DNA of 64,000 nucleotides from the NCBI GenBank assembly GCA_046582655.1, contig JAYGDX010000110.1:18390-82389 (forward strand), in the 5' to 3' direction. Below the pieces are notes generated by a model. That model was not told where the DNA came from, ran no database searches, and was given only the letters and a program-made list of their open reading frames with translations. The translations under genes were made by a program, and so were the position numbers. This document shows, piece by piece, positions 52,139 through 62,399 of the stretch (positions are counted from its first letter, which is position 1; every line of letters starts with the position of its first letter). The DNA is from Candidatus Poribacteria bacterium (lineage in GTDB: Bacteria > Poribacteria > WGA-4E > UBA9662).

Positions 52139-52852
52139 ATGGTGCCTCTCGACTATGGACGTTCATTTTTAATTGGCAACGGGCCGGGAAACGAGGTTCG
52201 GTTCTGGGTTGAGTCTCGAACCCGTATTATCGATGAAGAAACGAGTGAGCACAAAGATTACATTCAGGCGGGATCCTGCAAAAGCGAAAATACCTTTGCC
52301 GAGAAAAATCTGTTTCATCAGGACAACTACGATTTTCTGCCTATTTTCGGGCCTGACGACGGCATTATTTTTCGGCGGAAAGCACACCTAACCGCTGAAT
52401 ATAAAAGCTGTCTGCCAGTTAAAGAAATGTGGAACGGGCAAAAATACCATTTGATTGAAGGACAGAAAACCGAAGAATTGACCAGCAACCAAACTATTCG
52501 TGAAGCCACATACAGATTTGATCCCATCGTTTCCCAAACAGAAATCTGGAATCAGGAGACAAAATTACGGGCTATCATCGAATGTCCGGTTAAGACCCTC
52601 AATACCAATCAGGAAAGTAATTTTTATCAAATTGATACCGGGCCGATCGCTTTGCCTGACCTGAGTAAACGTTACCCGAGATATGTAGATAGTATACAGT
52701 TGGCCTTTGTGGCTTTCAATGTTCCAGACTTTGCTGATTTCGTGATTGAAAGTTCCACCCCAGTCGGTGAAGATAAAACGACACAGGTTCTTCATTACTC
52801 CAAGTTATTAACACTGCCTTCTGAGAATCGACTCTATGCCATTAGTGTTTGA
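52139..52852 (+). CDS. Conserved hypothetical protein
   Basis: ATG 52139 after AAGGGG; long ORF, no family recognised. Confidence 0.75.
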   Translation: MVPLDYGRSFLIGNGPGNEVRFWVESRTRIIDEETSEHKDYIQAGSCKSENTFAEKNLFHQDNYDFLPIFGPDDGIIFRRKAHLTAEYKSCLPVKEMWNGQKYHLIEGQKTEELTSNQTIREATYRFDPIVSQTEIWNQETKLRAIIECPVKTLNTNQESNFYQIDTGPIALPDLSKRYPRYVDSIQLAFVAFNVPDFADFVIESSTPVGEDKTTQVLHYSKLLTLPSENRLYAISV

Positions 52853-52881
52853 ACCAAGAGGTCCATTTACTGTAAATATAG

Positions 52882-52910
52882 TTGAAGTGGTTCTGGTCCT
52901 GTCCTATAAT
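52882..52910 (+). promoter_or_regulatory. Sigma70-type promoter
   Basis: TTGAAG-N17-TATAAT, 38 nt upstream of ATG 52949. Confidence 0.6.
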
Positions 52911-52948
52911 AATTCTACTCAAACTGGTAAACAGAAAGGATTAAGTCA

Positions 52949-53350
52949 ATGAAAGTTGAGCCAGGTGTCATGATACAGTTAGGTTATGGTAAATACTTCC
53001 GTTCGGAATCGATTATGGGTTTAGAACCGATTGAAGAAGAACGTGGTCCGGGGAAACGAACCAACGTGTATATTGAAGGATTTAGTAACCCGATAGTCGC
53101 TTCCAGAGGAGAAGGTGCTATTTTGCATGATCTGACTCGGAGCCCGGATGAGATCATCCAAATACGGGAACACACGGAACTGTTAAAGGATCTCTTGGAC
53201 AGCATATCCGGTATTCCCCCAATGCTCCGCTCAATTATCCGGGATCAAGGGAATTGGGATTTAGATCGTCTTGAACGGCATGTGCGAGAAATTTTAGAAA
53301 CCGAATTGGATCCCGAAGATAACAATCAGCAACTGTTATTAAGCGTCTAG
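52949..53350 (+). CDS. Hypothetical protein
   Basis: AAAGGA RBS and promoter; beta-rich N-terminus with a helical C-terminus. Confidence 0.75.
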   Translation: MKVEPGVMIQLGYGKYFRSESIMGLEPIEEERGPGKRTNVYIEGFSNPIVASRGEGAILHDLTRSPDEIIQIREHTELLKDLLDSISGIPPMLRSIIRDQGNWDLDRLERHVREILETELDPEDNNQQLLLSV

Positions 53351-53598
53351 AAAATGGATAAAAAGGGTGGAACGGTTGTATAAGGCCAAAAAACTTGTGG
53401 GATATTAACGGAGAGTAAAGAATTATAATCAGGACATACAACATTTTACAGCCTTTTTTACTCAGCTCTTGCTCCCTTTATCCGAGATTATAAGGCAAAA
53501 TTATCCGGTAGAGATTTATAGTTTTCCCAAGGGATTTAATAGCCGGTTGCCTATATATGTTAATGAATACCTGCCAACTTGAATACTGAGAAACAAAT

Positions 53599-54453
53599 AT
53601 GAGTTCATTAGATCAATACCTCTATGATTCTTTAACTTGGCCGGAGATCAATGAAGCTATCAAAGCTAAGAAAGTGATACTTCTACCTATAGGCAGTACC
53701 GAACAGCACGGCCACCATCTTCCACTTGACGTGGATAATTTTCTGGCACGTAGTGTGTGCCTCGAAACAGCTAAGCAAGCTCCTCGGGAAATACTTGTGA
53801 TGCCAACGATTCCTTATGGTTATAATGAACACGCCCTCGATTTTCCTGGGACCATCCATGTCCATTACGATCATTTCATCGAGTACTGCCTTGATATCTG
53901 CAAAAGCGTGGCTCACGCAGGATTTGATCGTATTCTGATTGTCGACGGTCACGGTTCCAACGAGCATTTATGCGAATTTATTGCCCGACGAGCGACGCTT
54001 GAAACAGATGCACTGTTTGCTTCCACTATGTGGACCAATCTTGTGGTTGAGGTGTTCGAAGAGATTCGGGAATCAGGTGCTGGTGGCGCGGCACACGCCT
54101 GTGAGTTAGAAACCTCCGCCTATCTCTATCTAGACGAATCTCGAGTTCAAATGGAAAAAGCTGTTGATCATTACGGAGGAGCCGCGGGTAAGGAAGGATC
54201 GACTTTTACTTCCGTTGATTTGACAAAAGGTTGGGGACCAGTTAAAGTTGTGCAATGGACTAGCGGCGCGACCCCACATGGTGTTTCCGGTGCTGCCACC
54301 CTTGCTACTAAGGATAAAGGCAAAAGTATTATCGAAACAGCAGCTGACAATCTTCTGGATTTCATTCGTGAGTTCCGCACCACAGAAAAGGCCAAGCGAA
54401 CAGATCATCGTGTTGTTAAACCTAAATTGCCAACGCTTCCCAGCGTTGATTAG
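53599..54453 (+). CDS. Creatininase/MftE-family amidohydrolase
   Basis: LTWPE, PIGSTEQHGHHLPLDVD, FPGT, DGHGSN, HACELETS. Confidence 0.94.
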   Translation: MSSLDQYLYDSLTWPEINEAIKAKKVILLPIGSTEQHGHHLPLDVDNFLARSVCLETAKQAPREILVMPTIPYGYNEHALDFPGTIHVHYDHFIEYCLDICKSVAHAGFDRILIVDGHGSNEHLCEFIARRATLETDALFASTMWTNLVVEVFEEIRESGAGGAAHACELETSAYLYLDESRVQMEKAVDHYGGAAGKEGSTFTSVDLTKGWGPVKVVQWTSGATPHGVSGAATLATKDKGKSIIETAADNLLDFIREFRTTEKAKRTDHRVVKPKLPTLPSVD

Positions 54454-54523
54454 AACTATTATTAATTTTGACAGCGAGTCGAACAGACAACAGATTCTAT
54501 CGGATTGAACGCAAGGGATCAAA

Positions 54524-55619
54524 ATGAATACGCAACTGCGCGGCTATACGATTCCAACTATTGATTTGTCTGCTGAGATAGATCGTCAGGTCATTATTGA
54601 TCAAATACCCGGTCAGTATCTGGGGCATCCAAGTACTATCTTAATGCCCGACAACAGGACAATATTCCTTGTTTATCCACTGGGTCATGGAAGCCCCTCA
54701 ACAGTGTTGCGAAAAAGCACAGATACTAGGGATTACCTGGTCAGATCGTCTACCAGTACCGGATAACTGGGCTGAAACCAAAAACTGCCCGTATCTCCAT
54801 CGACTGATTGCCTCAAATGGCGGGGAACAACTCATTATTCTTTCATCAGGTGATGGAATCATGAGTCAGGCAGTGTCCTTGGACGGTGGCCAGACATGGT
54901 CGCCTTTTCAAACGAACGGCTTACGCTGCCACGATGCCGCCAACAAGATTGTTCCTATTTCCGGTAATCGGCATCTGGTATTGTATAATCAAATTTATGG
55001 AACATCATCTCAGACCCATATCTGGATTTGGCAAGCAGTTTCCTCTGATGGTGGGTTGACATGGGATCAGGAACGATTGGTTCTTGATCCACGCGAAACA
55101 GAATTGGATGGTGCCGCACCTGACGAACCGTCGATTATTCGTTCTCCGAACGGCAAACAAATCCTCTGCTTGATGCGTGAAAATGCTCGAAAGTTCAATT
55201 CCCTGATGATGGTCACTGATGACGAAAGGGAAACTTGGTCAGATCCGGTTGAACTGCCGGGCTCACTGACTGGTGACAGGCATATGCCACAATATACGGA
55301 CGATGGCAGACTGGTTATCACCTTCCGTGACATGGCACATCAAAGTTCGACACAAGGCGATTTCGTAGCTTGGGTTGGAGAGTACAATGATATTGTTAAT
55401 GGACATGAAGGTCAATACCGAGTTCGTCTTCTAGATAACAAAAGTGCCCCTGGAGATACCGGCTATTCCGGATTGGAACTGCTACCTAACGGTACATTTG
55501 TGGCAACAACCTATTGTGTGATTGAAGTGGGGCAAAGTCCTCTGGTCATTTCTACTCGATTTTGTCTATCAGAGATTGATGATAGAGCAATATCAACGGA
55601 CAATTCATTAATGGAGTAG
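54524..55619 (+). pseudogene. BNR/Asp-box beta-propeller (sialidase-like) with one frameshift near 54725-54730
   Basis: GYTIPTIDLS...QYLGHPST in ORF 1; the Asp-box KSTD..G.TWS is split by the shift; further Asp-boxes SLDGGQTWS and SSDGGLTW. Confidence 0.85.
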
Positions 55620-55671
55620 GAAATAGGAATTTAGAATTTAAATAATATTTCTGTAGAAAGGATTAAGTATT

Positions 55672-56523
55672 ATGTTGCTTTTTAGATTTGGAGAAAAAGA
55701 TCAGGAAAAACCAGGAGTGGTAATTGGTGAGGCAAAAAAAGACTGCTCAGGCCATTTCACAGATTGGAATCGAGAATTTTTCAACAACAATGGGCTGGAA
55801 GCATTAAAATCTCTTGTGGCTGACAAAGGAGAAGATCTACCAGATGTACCTGATGGGACTAGGTATGGTTCCTGTGTTGCTCGTCCCGGCACTTTAATGT
55901 GTATTGGATTGAACTATTCTGATCATGCCGAAGAGTCTGGAATGGAGCCACCTTCCGAACCCGTGATTTTTCAAAAGGTATCGAATGCGGTAATTGGACC
56001 TTACGATGATGTTATTATTCCTAAAGGCAGCCGAAAAACGGATTGGGAAGTGGAACTTGGAGTTGTTATTGGTCGGGACGCATTGTACCTTGATTCAATA
56101 GAGGAGGCTGAAGACTATATTGCCGGATACTGTGTCTCGCAAGACGTTTCAGAGAGAGAATTTCAACTGGAACGTGAAGGTCAGTGGACCAAAGGAAAAT
56201 CATGTCCAACTTTTAACCCGCTTGGACCTTACTTGTATCCGGCATCCGACATTGGAGATGCTAATAATTTGACCATGGAACTGAAGGTAAATGAGGAAAT
56301 CAAACAAAACGGCAACACGAAAAATATGATCTTTAATCCCAGTTTTCTTGTCCACTATCTCTCTCAATTCATGTTATTGGAAGCGGGTGATGTTTTATCG
56401 ACAGGAACACCTGCTGGAGTGGGAGCGGGCATGAACCCACCTCAGTTTTTAAGAGATGGCGATGTGGTTGAGTTGTCAATTGAAAAGCTGGGAACCCAGA
56501 AACAAACCTTTAGAGCCTATTAG
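55672..56523 (+). CDS. Fumarylacetoacetate hydrolase family protein
   Basis: CIGLNY..H, EPVIF.K, DWEVEL, DVSER..Q, WTKGK, GDVLSTGTPAGVG. Confidence 0.95.
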   Translation: MLLFRFGEKDQEKPGVVIGEAKKDCSGHFTDWNREFFNNNGLEALKSLVADKGEDLPDVPDGTRYGSCVARPGTLMCIGLNYSDHAEESGMEPPSEPVIFQKVSNAVIGPYDDVIIPKGSRKTDWEVELGVVIGRDALYLDSIEEAEDYIAGYCVSQDVSEREFQLEREGQWTKGKSCPTFNPLGPYLYPASDIGDANNLTMELKVNEEIKQNGNTKNMIFNPSFLVHYLSQFMLLEAGDVLSTGTPAGVGAGMNPPQFLRDGDVVELSIEKLGTQKQTFRAY

Positions 56524-56552
56524 GCCAATTGATTAAGGTGGCAGAAACCGTA

Positions 56553-57446
56553 TTATACTTCCCACTGTTTCCGCATCTTTTCCATGGGGATTGTTTCCCC
56601 TTTCATCCATGCGTAATGCGCTTTAGGATCTTTGCCAATCCACCGTTCGTCAACCGGTTCATCGGCACGTTGGTAACGCGTGTCGGTGCTTAACCGGAAA
56701 CGATTAGTCGTATTGTCCAAAGATGCGTGCATAGTGAACATGCTGAAAATCAGTACATCCCCCATCTCAAAAGAGCTGGTTTGCCACTGTCCACCGTGGT
56801 CCTTAACCAATTCAATGGGATTGCTTGAAAACCAACCTGTAACATGATCACGATCAACATCCATTTGGCCGTAAGTTTCCTTCATACGTTCAAAACGGTG
56901 TGAACCGACAAGAATAGCCAAAGGACCCATTTCCAGGGGGATATCCCCGATAGGCGTCCAACAAGTTAACACATTCTGAGTACCACGGCCCATATAGACG
57001 ATGTCGTAGTGGGCCCCAGTGAAGCTTCCTGGACCAACAACGCGTAACCATTTGTAGTCATAAGTCATCACTTCCGCATCAAAGTAATGTTGGTAAAACC
57101 CCATGATTTCTCTAGATTCTACCAGGTTCAAAAAGGCGGGATGGTGTGTTATCGACTTGTTTCCTCCCATGAACATCCCACGCTTGCCATCAGCCGCTAC
57201 GCCCTCTAATAAGGGATAGGAACTATCAATTTGCTGATTCTGGTGTAATTTTTCTAGCAGGAATTGCCGGGTAGCTTGCACGTTTTGGATATCGTGCAGT
57301 CTTCTGATAAGGATATAACCATCTTCTTCCATCCTTTGATGTAGGGCCTGACGGTCTTCCAGTAATTCATTACTGTCTCTCAACGAACAGAGGTATTTTC
57401 CCTCAAATTCCATTTGGATATTATTCATAGTAAAAGTCATTGGCAA
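56553..57446 (-). CDS. PhyH-family Fe(II)/2OG dioxygenase
   Basis: AHYDIVYMGRG, CWTPIGD, GSH, MHAS, RLSTDTRYQ. Confidence 0.93.
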   Translation of the reverse strand: MPMTFTMNNIQMEFEGKYLCSLRDSNELLEDRQALHQRMEEDGYILIRRLHDIQNVQATRQFLLEKLHQNQQIDSSYPLLEGVAADGKRGMFMGGNKSITHHPAFLNLVESREIMGFYQHYFDAEVMTYDYKWLRVVGPGSFTGAHYDIVYMGRGTQNVLTCWTPIGDIPLEMGPLAILVGSHRFERMKETYGQMDVDRDHVTGWFSSNPIELVKDHGGQWQTSSFEMGDVLIFSMFTMHASLDNTTNRFRLSTDTRYQRADEPVDERWIGKDPKAHYAWMKGETIPMEKMRKQWEV

Positions 57447-57557
57447 CGGTCCTCAACACTTAAAATAGGATTGTATATGAACTAGGGTATTTTTTGATTA
57501 GAGTCCTATTGATCAATCGAAATTATTGACCTTGATCAGTTTTCTAACACCAGAGTT

Positions 57558-58655
57558 TCAACTCCATGGAGGAGGATCTCCAACCGGTATGGGAGCAGGA
57601 AATCGGCTCTTAACTTCAACGGGAACACCCTTATCAGCAGCTTCAAAGACACGTTCACAAATCTCCAGCACGTGCCTGGCATGTTTGCCTGAACAGCGAA
57701 CCGGCCGGTCATGCCGAATGGCGTCGGCGAAATCAGACGGCCCTTTCCCCCAATCTAAGCCAGTATACGCCTCCTTTGGAGAATCCTCGCTCTCCCAACC
57801 ACTTGTTGGAGTAGATTTTCGTATCCCGCGACCGTCATCGTGAGCTTGGATGGAAAAGCAACCTTTCGTCCCATGAATTTCATAGGCTGGCAATTCCGAC
57901 CTTGCTGTCCAACTGTGATACAGTAAACCGTAAGCACCACTTTCAAATTCCAACAGGCCGATACCGTGGTCTTTTTCGGTAACCCGATACTTGTTGCCAG
58001 CTCGACTGCCTGCATGCAACATGCGTTCAGGGATAGTAATTCGGGCTAGACCGTAGACTTGTTTTACCGGACCGATCATAGTTGTCATAGCTGTCAATGG
58101 ATAAGGGGCTACATCTTTGAAAGGTCCGACACCTTCCATCATGAATAGATCTGCATTGGGATGCCAATATTCCAGAGGTCCACCGAAATTCCCCATGGCC
58201 GACACCACCTCTCCTATCTCATCATCGCGGATTCTTTCCCAAACACTTTGCTGGACGTATCCAAGCATAGCCACTGGAGCACAAGCGAATTTTACTCCCA
58301 TTTGATCGGCTGTCTCTACCATTTCATCCGCTTCCTCCACCCGTAACGCAACTGGCTTTTCCGAATAGACGTGTTTTCCCGCCTTCAGTCCGGCTAAAGA
58401 TACCGGATAATGACCGGTATGAATCGTAAGATTAATGATGGCTTCAACATTGGGATCGTTCAGAACTTCGTCGAGCGATTGATAAACTTTACCACCACCT
58501 TTTCCTGCCAATAACTCGGCTCGATCGATATCTTGATCATAATAGCCAACGAGCTCAATTTTGTGTGGATAAGCTTGGCATCGAGGTTGGTATCCGCCTT
58601 CGGCAATCATTCCACAACCAACAATTACTATTTTAACTGGATTGAAGTTAGACAT
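57558..58655 (-). CDS. Gfo/Idh/MocA family oxidoreductase
   Basis: IVGCGMIA, AGKHVYSEKP, D..PY. Confidence 0.93.
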   Translation of the reverse strand: MSNFNPVKIVIVGCGMIAEGGYQPRCQAYPHKIELVGYYDQDIDRAELLAGKGGGKVYQSLDEVLNDPNVEAIINLTIHTGHYPVSLAGLKAGKHVYSEKPVALRVEEADEMVETADQMGVKFACAPVAMLGYVQQSVWERIRDDEIGEVVSAMGNFGGPLEYWHPNADLFMMEGVGPFKDVAPYPLTAMTTMIGPVKQVYGLARITIPERMLHAGSRAGNKYRVTEKDHGIGLLEFESGAYGLLYHSWTARSELPAYEIHGTKGCFSIQAHDDGRGIRKSTPTSGWESEDSPKEAYTGLDWGKGPSDFADAIRHDRPVRCSGKHARHVLEICERVFEAADKGVPVEVKSRFPAPIPVGDPPPWS

Positions 58656-59217
58656 GAAACTTAGCTATCCCCTTATAATTGATAAATTAAAGAATAAAGC
58701 AGATTTTTGAAATATACTAACTCAAGTTGCGACCTAAAATAGCAGACAGTTCAAAAACCAAGTTTTTTGAAGCCACATCCACGATAACGAATAGAATCCG
58801 ACGTTTTTTCCAGATTCCCCGAGTTCCCCTGGTAAAATCTCGGTTTCTTTAGGGAGGTAGCAACTTGGGTTATACTATGGAATTTCGAAAAAAGAGATGC
58901 AGAAAATTTATCCTTAATGACGAAGATTATAACAGTTTTTCGGGTTGATTTATAGACCAAACCAAATTATCTGAATCATCAATTCGAAAAATGCTTCTAG
59001 CGTTTCTGCCTAGATGTTATCCTAATTTGATGGAATTGAAGTAAGTATAGTGAGCGGTGAAATCTTTCAATTATCGAGTTTTTGCAAATGACTAGCGAGA
59101 TAATCATTGCATGTTTATTTTTAGTTACTAAAATAACTACTAATTAACATAAAGAAATGGGAACACAATTTTTTTCACCGCGGCAATGAGTTATTCAATT
59201 GCAAATGAGGTAGAATA

Positions 59218-60243
59218 ATGTCAAAGATAGCATCTCGATTTTTAACTGCTGAAAGCAGTGTTAATCAACTTTTAAGCCAACCTTCTGCTCTAAGTTTTGG
59301 AGGAACATCTGAAGAAGAACATCGGATTTGGCGAAAGGCGTTCCGACGCAAGTTGATCAAAAACCTTGGACCTAAACCTGAGCCTGTCCCACAAGAAGTT
59401 GAAATTCTGGAACATACGCAGATGGATGGGTACGTTCGTGAAAAAATTATCTTTAATCCCGATCCATTTTCCTCCATTCCCGCCTATGTTCTTACTCCTG
59501 ACAAAGCGAGCCGAAAGAATAAGCATCCAGCAGTGCTCTGCTCGCATGGACACGGCATGGGTAAAGATCCCCTTGTTGGGCTGAAGGAAGATTACCAAAA
59601 ACAATTCGCAGTCGAGTTAACACGGAATGGTTTCATTACCATATCCCCTGATTGGCGCTGTTTTGGCGAACGCAGAGACCGAGACGAGTGGGTCCGTCGT
59701 TCTGGTCGAGATGGTTGTAACGTGGCTTATTTCGCCTTTGGTTATTTTGGGTATCAGTTGCTACAACTTGATATTTGTGACGCCCAACAGTGTCTAGACT
59801 ATTTACAATCTCGAGCCGATGTTGACAAGAAACGTATCGGCTGCATGGGATGTTCATTCGGTGGAACAATGACAACATATGTTTCCGCTGTAGATCAACG
59901 GATAAAAGCGGCTGTAATTGTTTGTTATCTGAGTACATTGGACGACGCGCTAGGTGATCGAGGTCGTGGAAACACCTGCGGTTCCCAGTTTATGTTTGGG
60001 TTGAGGCAATTTGGCAAAATAGCTGATGTTGCCGGCCTAATTGCTCCCCGTTCCTGCATGGTGCAAATTGCTTCTAATGATACTTGTTTTATCGATACCG
60101 ATGCCAAGAAAGCATTTAATCACCTTGAACAAATTTACAGTGCTTCAGGTCACCCTTCAAAACTGGAGCTTGATTACTTTGAAGGCGAGCACGAAATCGA
60201 CCTTGTACCTGCAATCAAGTTTTTTGAGGAACATCTGCAATAG
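59218..60243 (+). CDS. Alpha/beta hydrolase (dienelactone-hydrolase/acetyl-esterase-like)
   Basis: PAVLCSHGHG, GCSFGG nucleophile elbow, LIAPR, GEH. Confidence 0.9.
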   Translation: MSKIASRFLTAESSVNQLLSQPSALSFGGTSEEEHRIWRKAFRRKLIKNLGPKPEPVPQEVEILEHTQMDGYVREKIIFNPDPFSSIPAYVLTPDKASRKNKHPAVLCSHGHGMGKDPLVGLKEDYQKQFAVELTRNGFITISPDWRCFGERRDRDEWVRRSGRDGCNVAYFAFGYFGYQLLQLDICDAQQCLDYLQSRADVDKKRIGCMGCSFGGTMTTYVSAVDQRIKAAVIVCYLSTLDDALGDRGRGNTCGSQFMFGLRQFGKIADVAGLIAPRSCMVQIASNDTCFIDTDAKKAFNHLEQIYSASGHPSKLELDYFEGEHEIDLVPAIKFFEEHLQ

Positions 60244-60365
60244 GATCGGCTGTGATTTACAATCATAGAGATATGTCATCGTATTTGATTAGTTATTGAT
60301 GAAAGGAATCAGAAGCTTTGCAATGATTTTATTTTGCTGATGGATATGTCTATGGAGTAGGCTGA

Positions 60366-62324
60366 CTACGGCCAAAACCGGTAAATTGATTCACCGTCCC
60401 AAACAGCGGTGAGAGCCCAAACTCCGCCAACTGCCATTTCCCCTAAGATGATACCGAGGAAAAATGGAATTATACGCCGATATCCAGATAGCCCCATCCA
60501 TTTGAGTACAAACCATTTTGTGATAGAGCTAATTAACAAACATGTCCAGATGCTGAGTGTTGCCCAATCACTAATCATGGCGTACCCGAGTGGATGGAAC
60601 TGCCACCAAATGAAACGCCTTCTCATAAAGGCTAAAAAAGTCGCAAAACAAAATCCGACACCAATGAAAGTCAACCCCAGATAATCGGAAGGTAAGCGCT
60701 GATAGAGACGTTGCTGTAGTTGTTGGAAAGCCACACCGCCATAAAAATTGGTGTGCCGGTTGAATCGAAACGACTGTGCGCCTTCTTTGTATATGACATA
60801 CAACCACAGCCAAAAAAAACTGAGAGTACCAACAACTGTAGCTGTCATAATGGCTATTGGCAGTTTGCTTCGCTTTGTCTGTGTATGATCAGCGAATTTG
60901 AATCCCTCAAGTTGATGCGGCATTGGATGGCTTGCCCAATCGAAATTGAACCAGCGATAGATGGCGAATATCGTTGAACTCCTTGGATCAATTTTGGCTG
61001 ATCCGACAGTAGAAAGCAAAACGAAATAGGGTGTAGCATGCCACAGACTATGTGCAGGAAATCCCAACTCAGCCCGTAATCGTGTTACTGATACCGAAAG
61101 AGCAAAGTAAATTGCAAACAGCAGACAGACCAACCATAACGCCATTCCTGCTTTCACAGAGAAGAAAACAAGAAAAATTAATCCGCCAATCGCTCCCCAC
61201 CATGCAGTACGATATGACATCGGTTCCGTACTGTCATCAATCCTTGATTGTCCAAGGGCTTTCAAAACTATTTGGTGAAGGTGTTGTCTCGAACTCCACA
61301 TGGCAAACACGCAAATGCTAAGAAAGGCTCCGAACGCTTGTTCGTCGTAGAAAGGCACGCGCGGACGCGACTGCCAGCCTATCATGGTGGTAAAGATAAG
61401 TGTGATTTTACTGACAACGAAGAAAAACCAGCATGAAAAAGATAAATCCAATGGCATCAGAAATCCAAGACCAATCATAAATGGGTAAAAAGATACTGTA
61501 ATGTAACCATAACTTTTAAGGGCGTTCCATGGGGGTTCAGTCAATAGATAATTGATGTTGCGTCGCTTAGTTGGAATATCCGGGATGACCGGAAAAATCG
61601 CGTGCAACCCATTGATCATTGTGATAGTTGCCGCTATTAGAAATCCGATCCAAAACAGTCGGTTTCGGAATATTGGATTATTTGGGGCCACCATTTCCCG
61701 TGGCAATTCAATAACAGGGTAAGCAAGTCTTTCACTTTGAGTCCATTGAACTCTAATGATGACGTTGATACATAACATCACCCACACCAAGGCAGTTAAA
61801 AAAGTGGACCAGCAAACGATCGGAAGTAACCAAGCCCTGATATGAGTTGCTACATGGAAACTTGAACTTCCTTCATAATAACCACGTAAGATCCGAATAT
61901 CGCTGATTGTCAGCCAATCCGGAAGATATCTAAAAAATAAAGATCCCCATTCATTTTCAGCTGTTGCGTACCAAGAAGGATGCCCGATAATAGGAATCAA
62001 CTCGGTAAGCAGGTGGTTACAGGTTAGTGCGGTCGAGCAGGATAACATAACGTAGATTATGCACATTTCAGATGGGCTAAGAACTGACTGCAATCGAAAT
62101 TTTCGCCACAAGCCGTTTACAATTATGAGTATTAGGAGAAACAAAATCACATTGTAAAACGGAACCGCAAAGGTTGGGCTGACCCGCATCAACAATATTC
62201 CAAAACTGTTAATTGGAATAAGTATTAATCCAATCAGGATTGGTTTCCAAGTAATCGGGGGAAATTGCCGATCTTCAGAATCTGTTTGGCTTTTAGAGTG
62301 CTGCCATGTTGAAATAGAACGCAT
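60366..62324 (-). CDS. DUF6785/DUF6784-type large polytopic membrane protein, second copy
   Basis: QWTQSERLAYP, RLRAELG, WWQFHPLGY, PFFLGIILGE. Confidence 0.85.
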   Translation of the reverse strand: MRSISTWQHSKSQTDSEDRQFPPITWKPILIGLILIPINSFGILLMRVSPTFAVPFYNVILFLLILIIVNGLWRKFRLQSVLSPSEMCIIYVMLSCSTALTCNHLLTELIPIIGHPSWYATAENEWGSLFFRYLPDWLTISDIRILRGYYEGSSSFHVATHIRAWLLPIVCWSTFLTALVWVMLCINVIIRVQWTQSERLAYPVIELPREMVAPNNPIFRNRLFWIGFLIAATITMINGLHAIFPVIPDIPTKRRNINYLLTEPPWNALKSYGYITVSFYPFMIGLGFLMPLDLSFSCWFFFVVSKITLIFTTMIGWQSRPRVPFYDEQAFGAFLSICVFAMWSSRQHLHQIVLKALGQSRIDDSTEPMSYRTAWWGAIGGLIFLVFFSVKAGMALWLVCLLFAIYFALSVSVTRLRAELGFPAHSLWHATPYFVLLSTVGSAKIDPRSSTIFAIYRWFNFDWASHPMPHQLEGFKFADHTQTKRSKLPIAIMTATVVGTLSFFWLWLYVIYKEGAQSFRFNRHTNFYGGVAFQQLQQRLYQRLPSDYLGLTFIGVGFCFATFLAFMRRRFIWWQFHPLGYAMISDWATLSIWTCLLISSITKWFVLKWMGLSGYRRIIPFFLGIILGEMAVGGVWALTAVWDGESIYRFWP

Positions 62325-62399
62325 TACACCTGTTTATCATCAAACTCTTAACATATTCTTCGATAGTAATGGCACCGTATATTTTGAATGGAACACGTA

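Noticed and set aside
53599..54453. Mycofactocin biosynthesis (MftE-like gene)
   Set aside because: There is no precursor peptide, radical SAM enzyme or other mft gene in the window.
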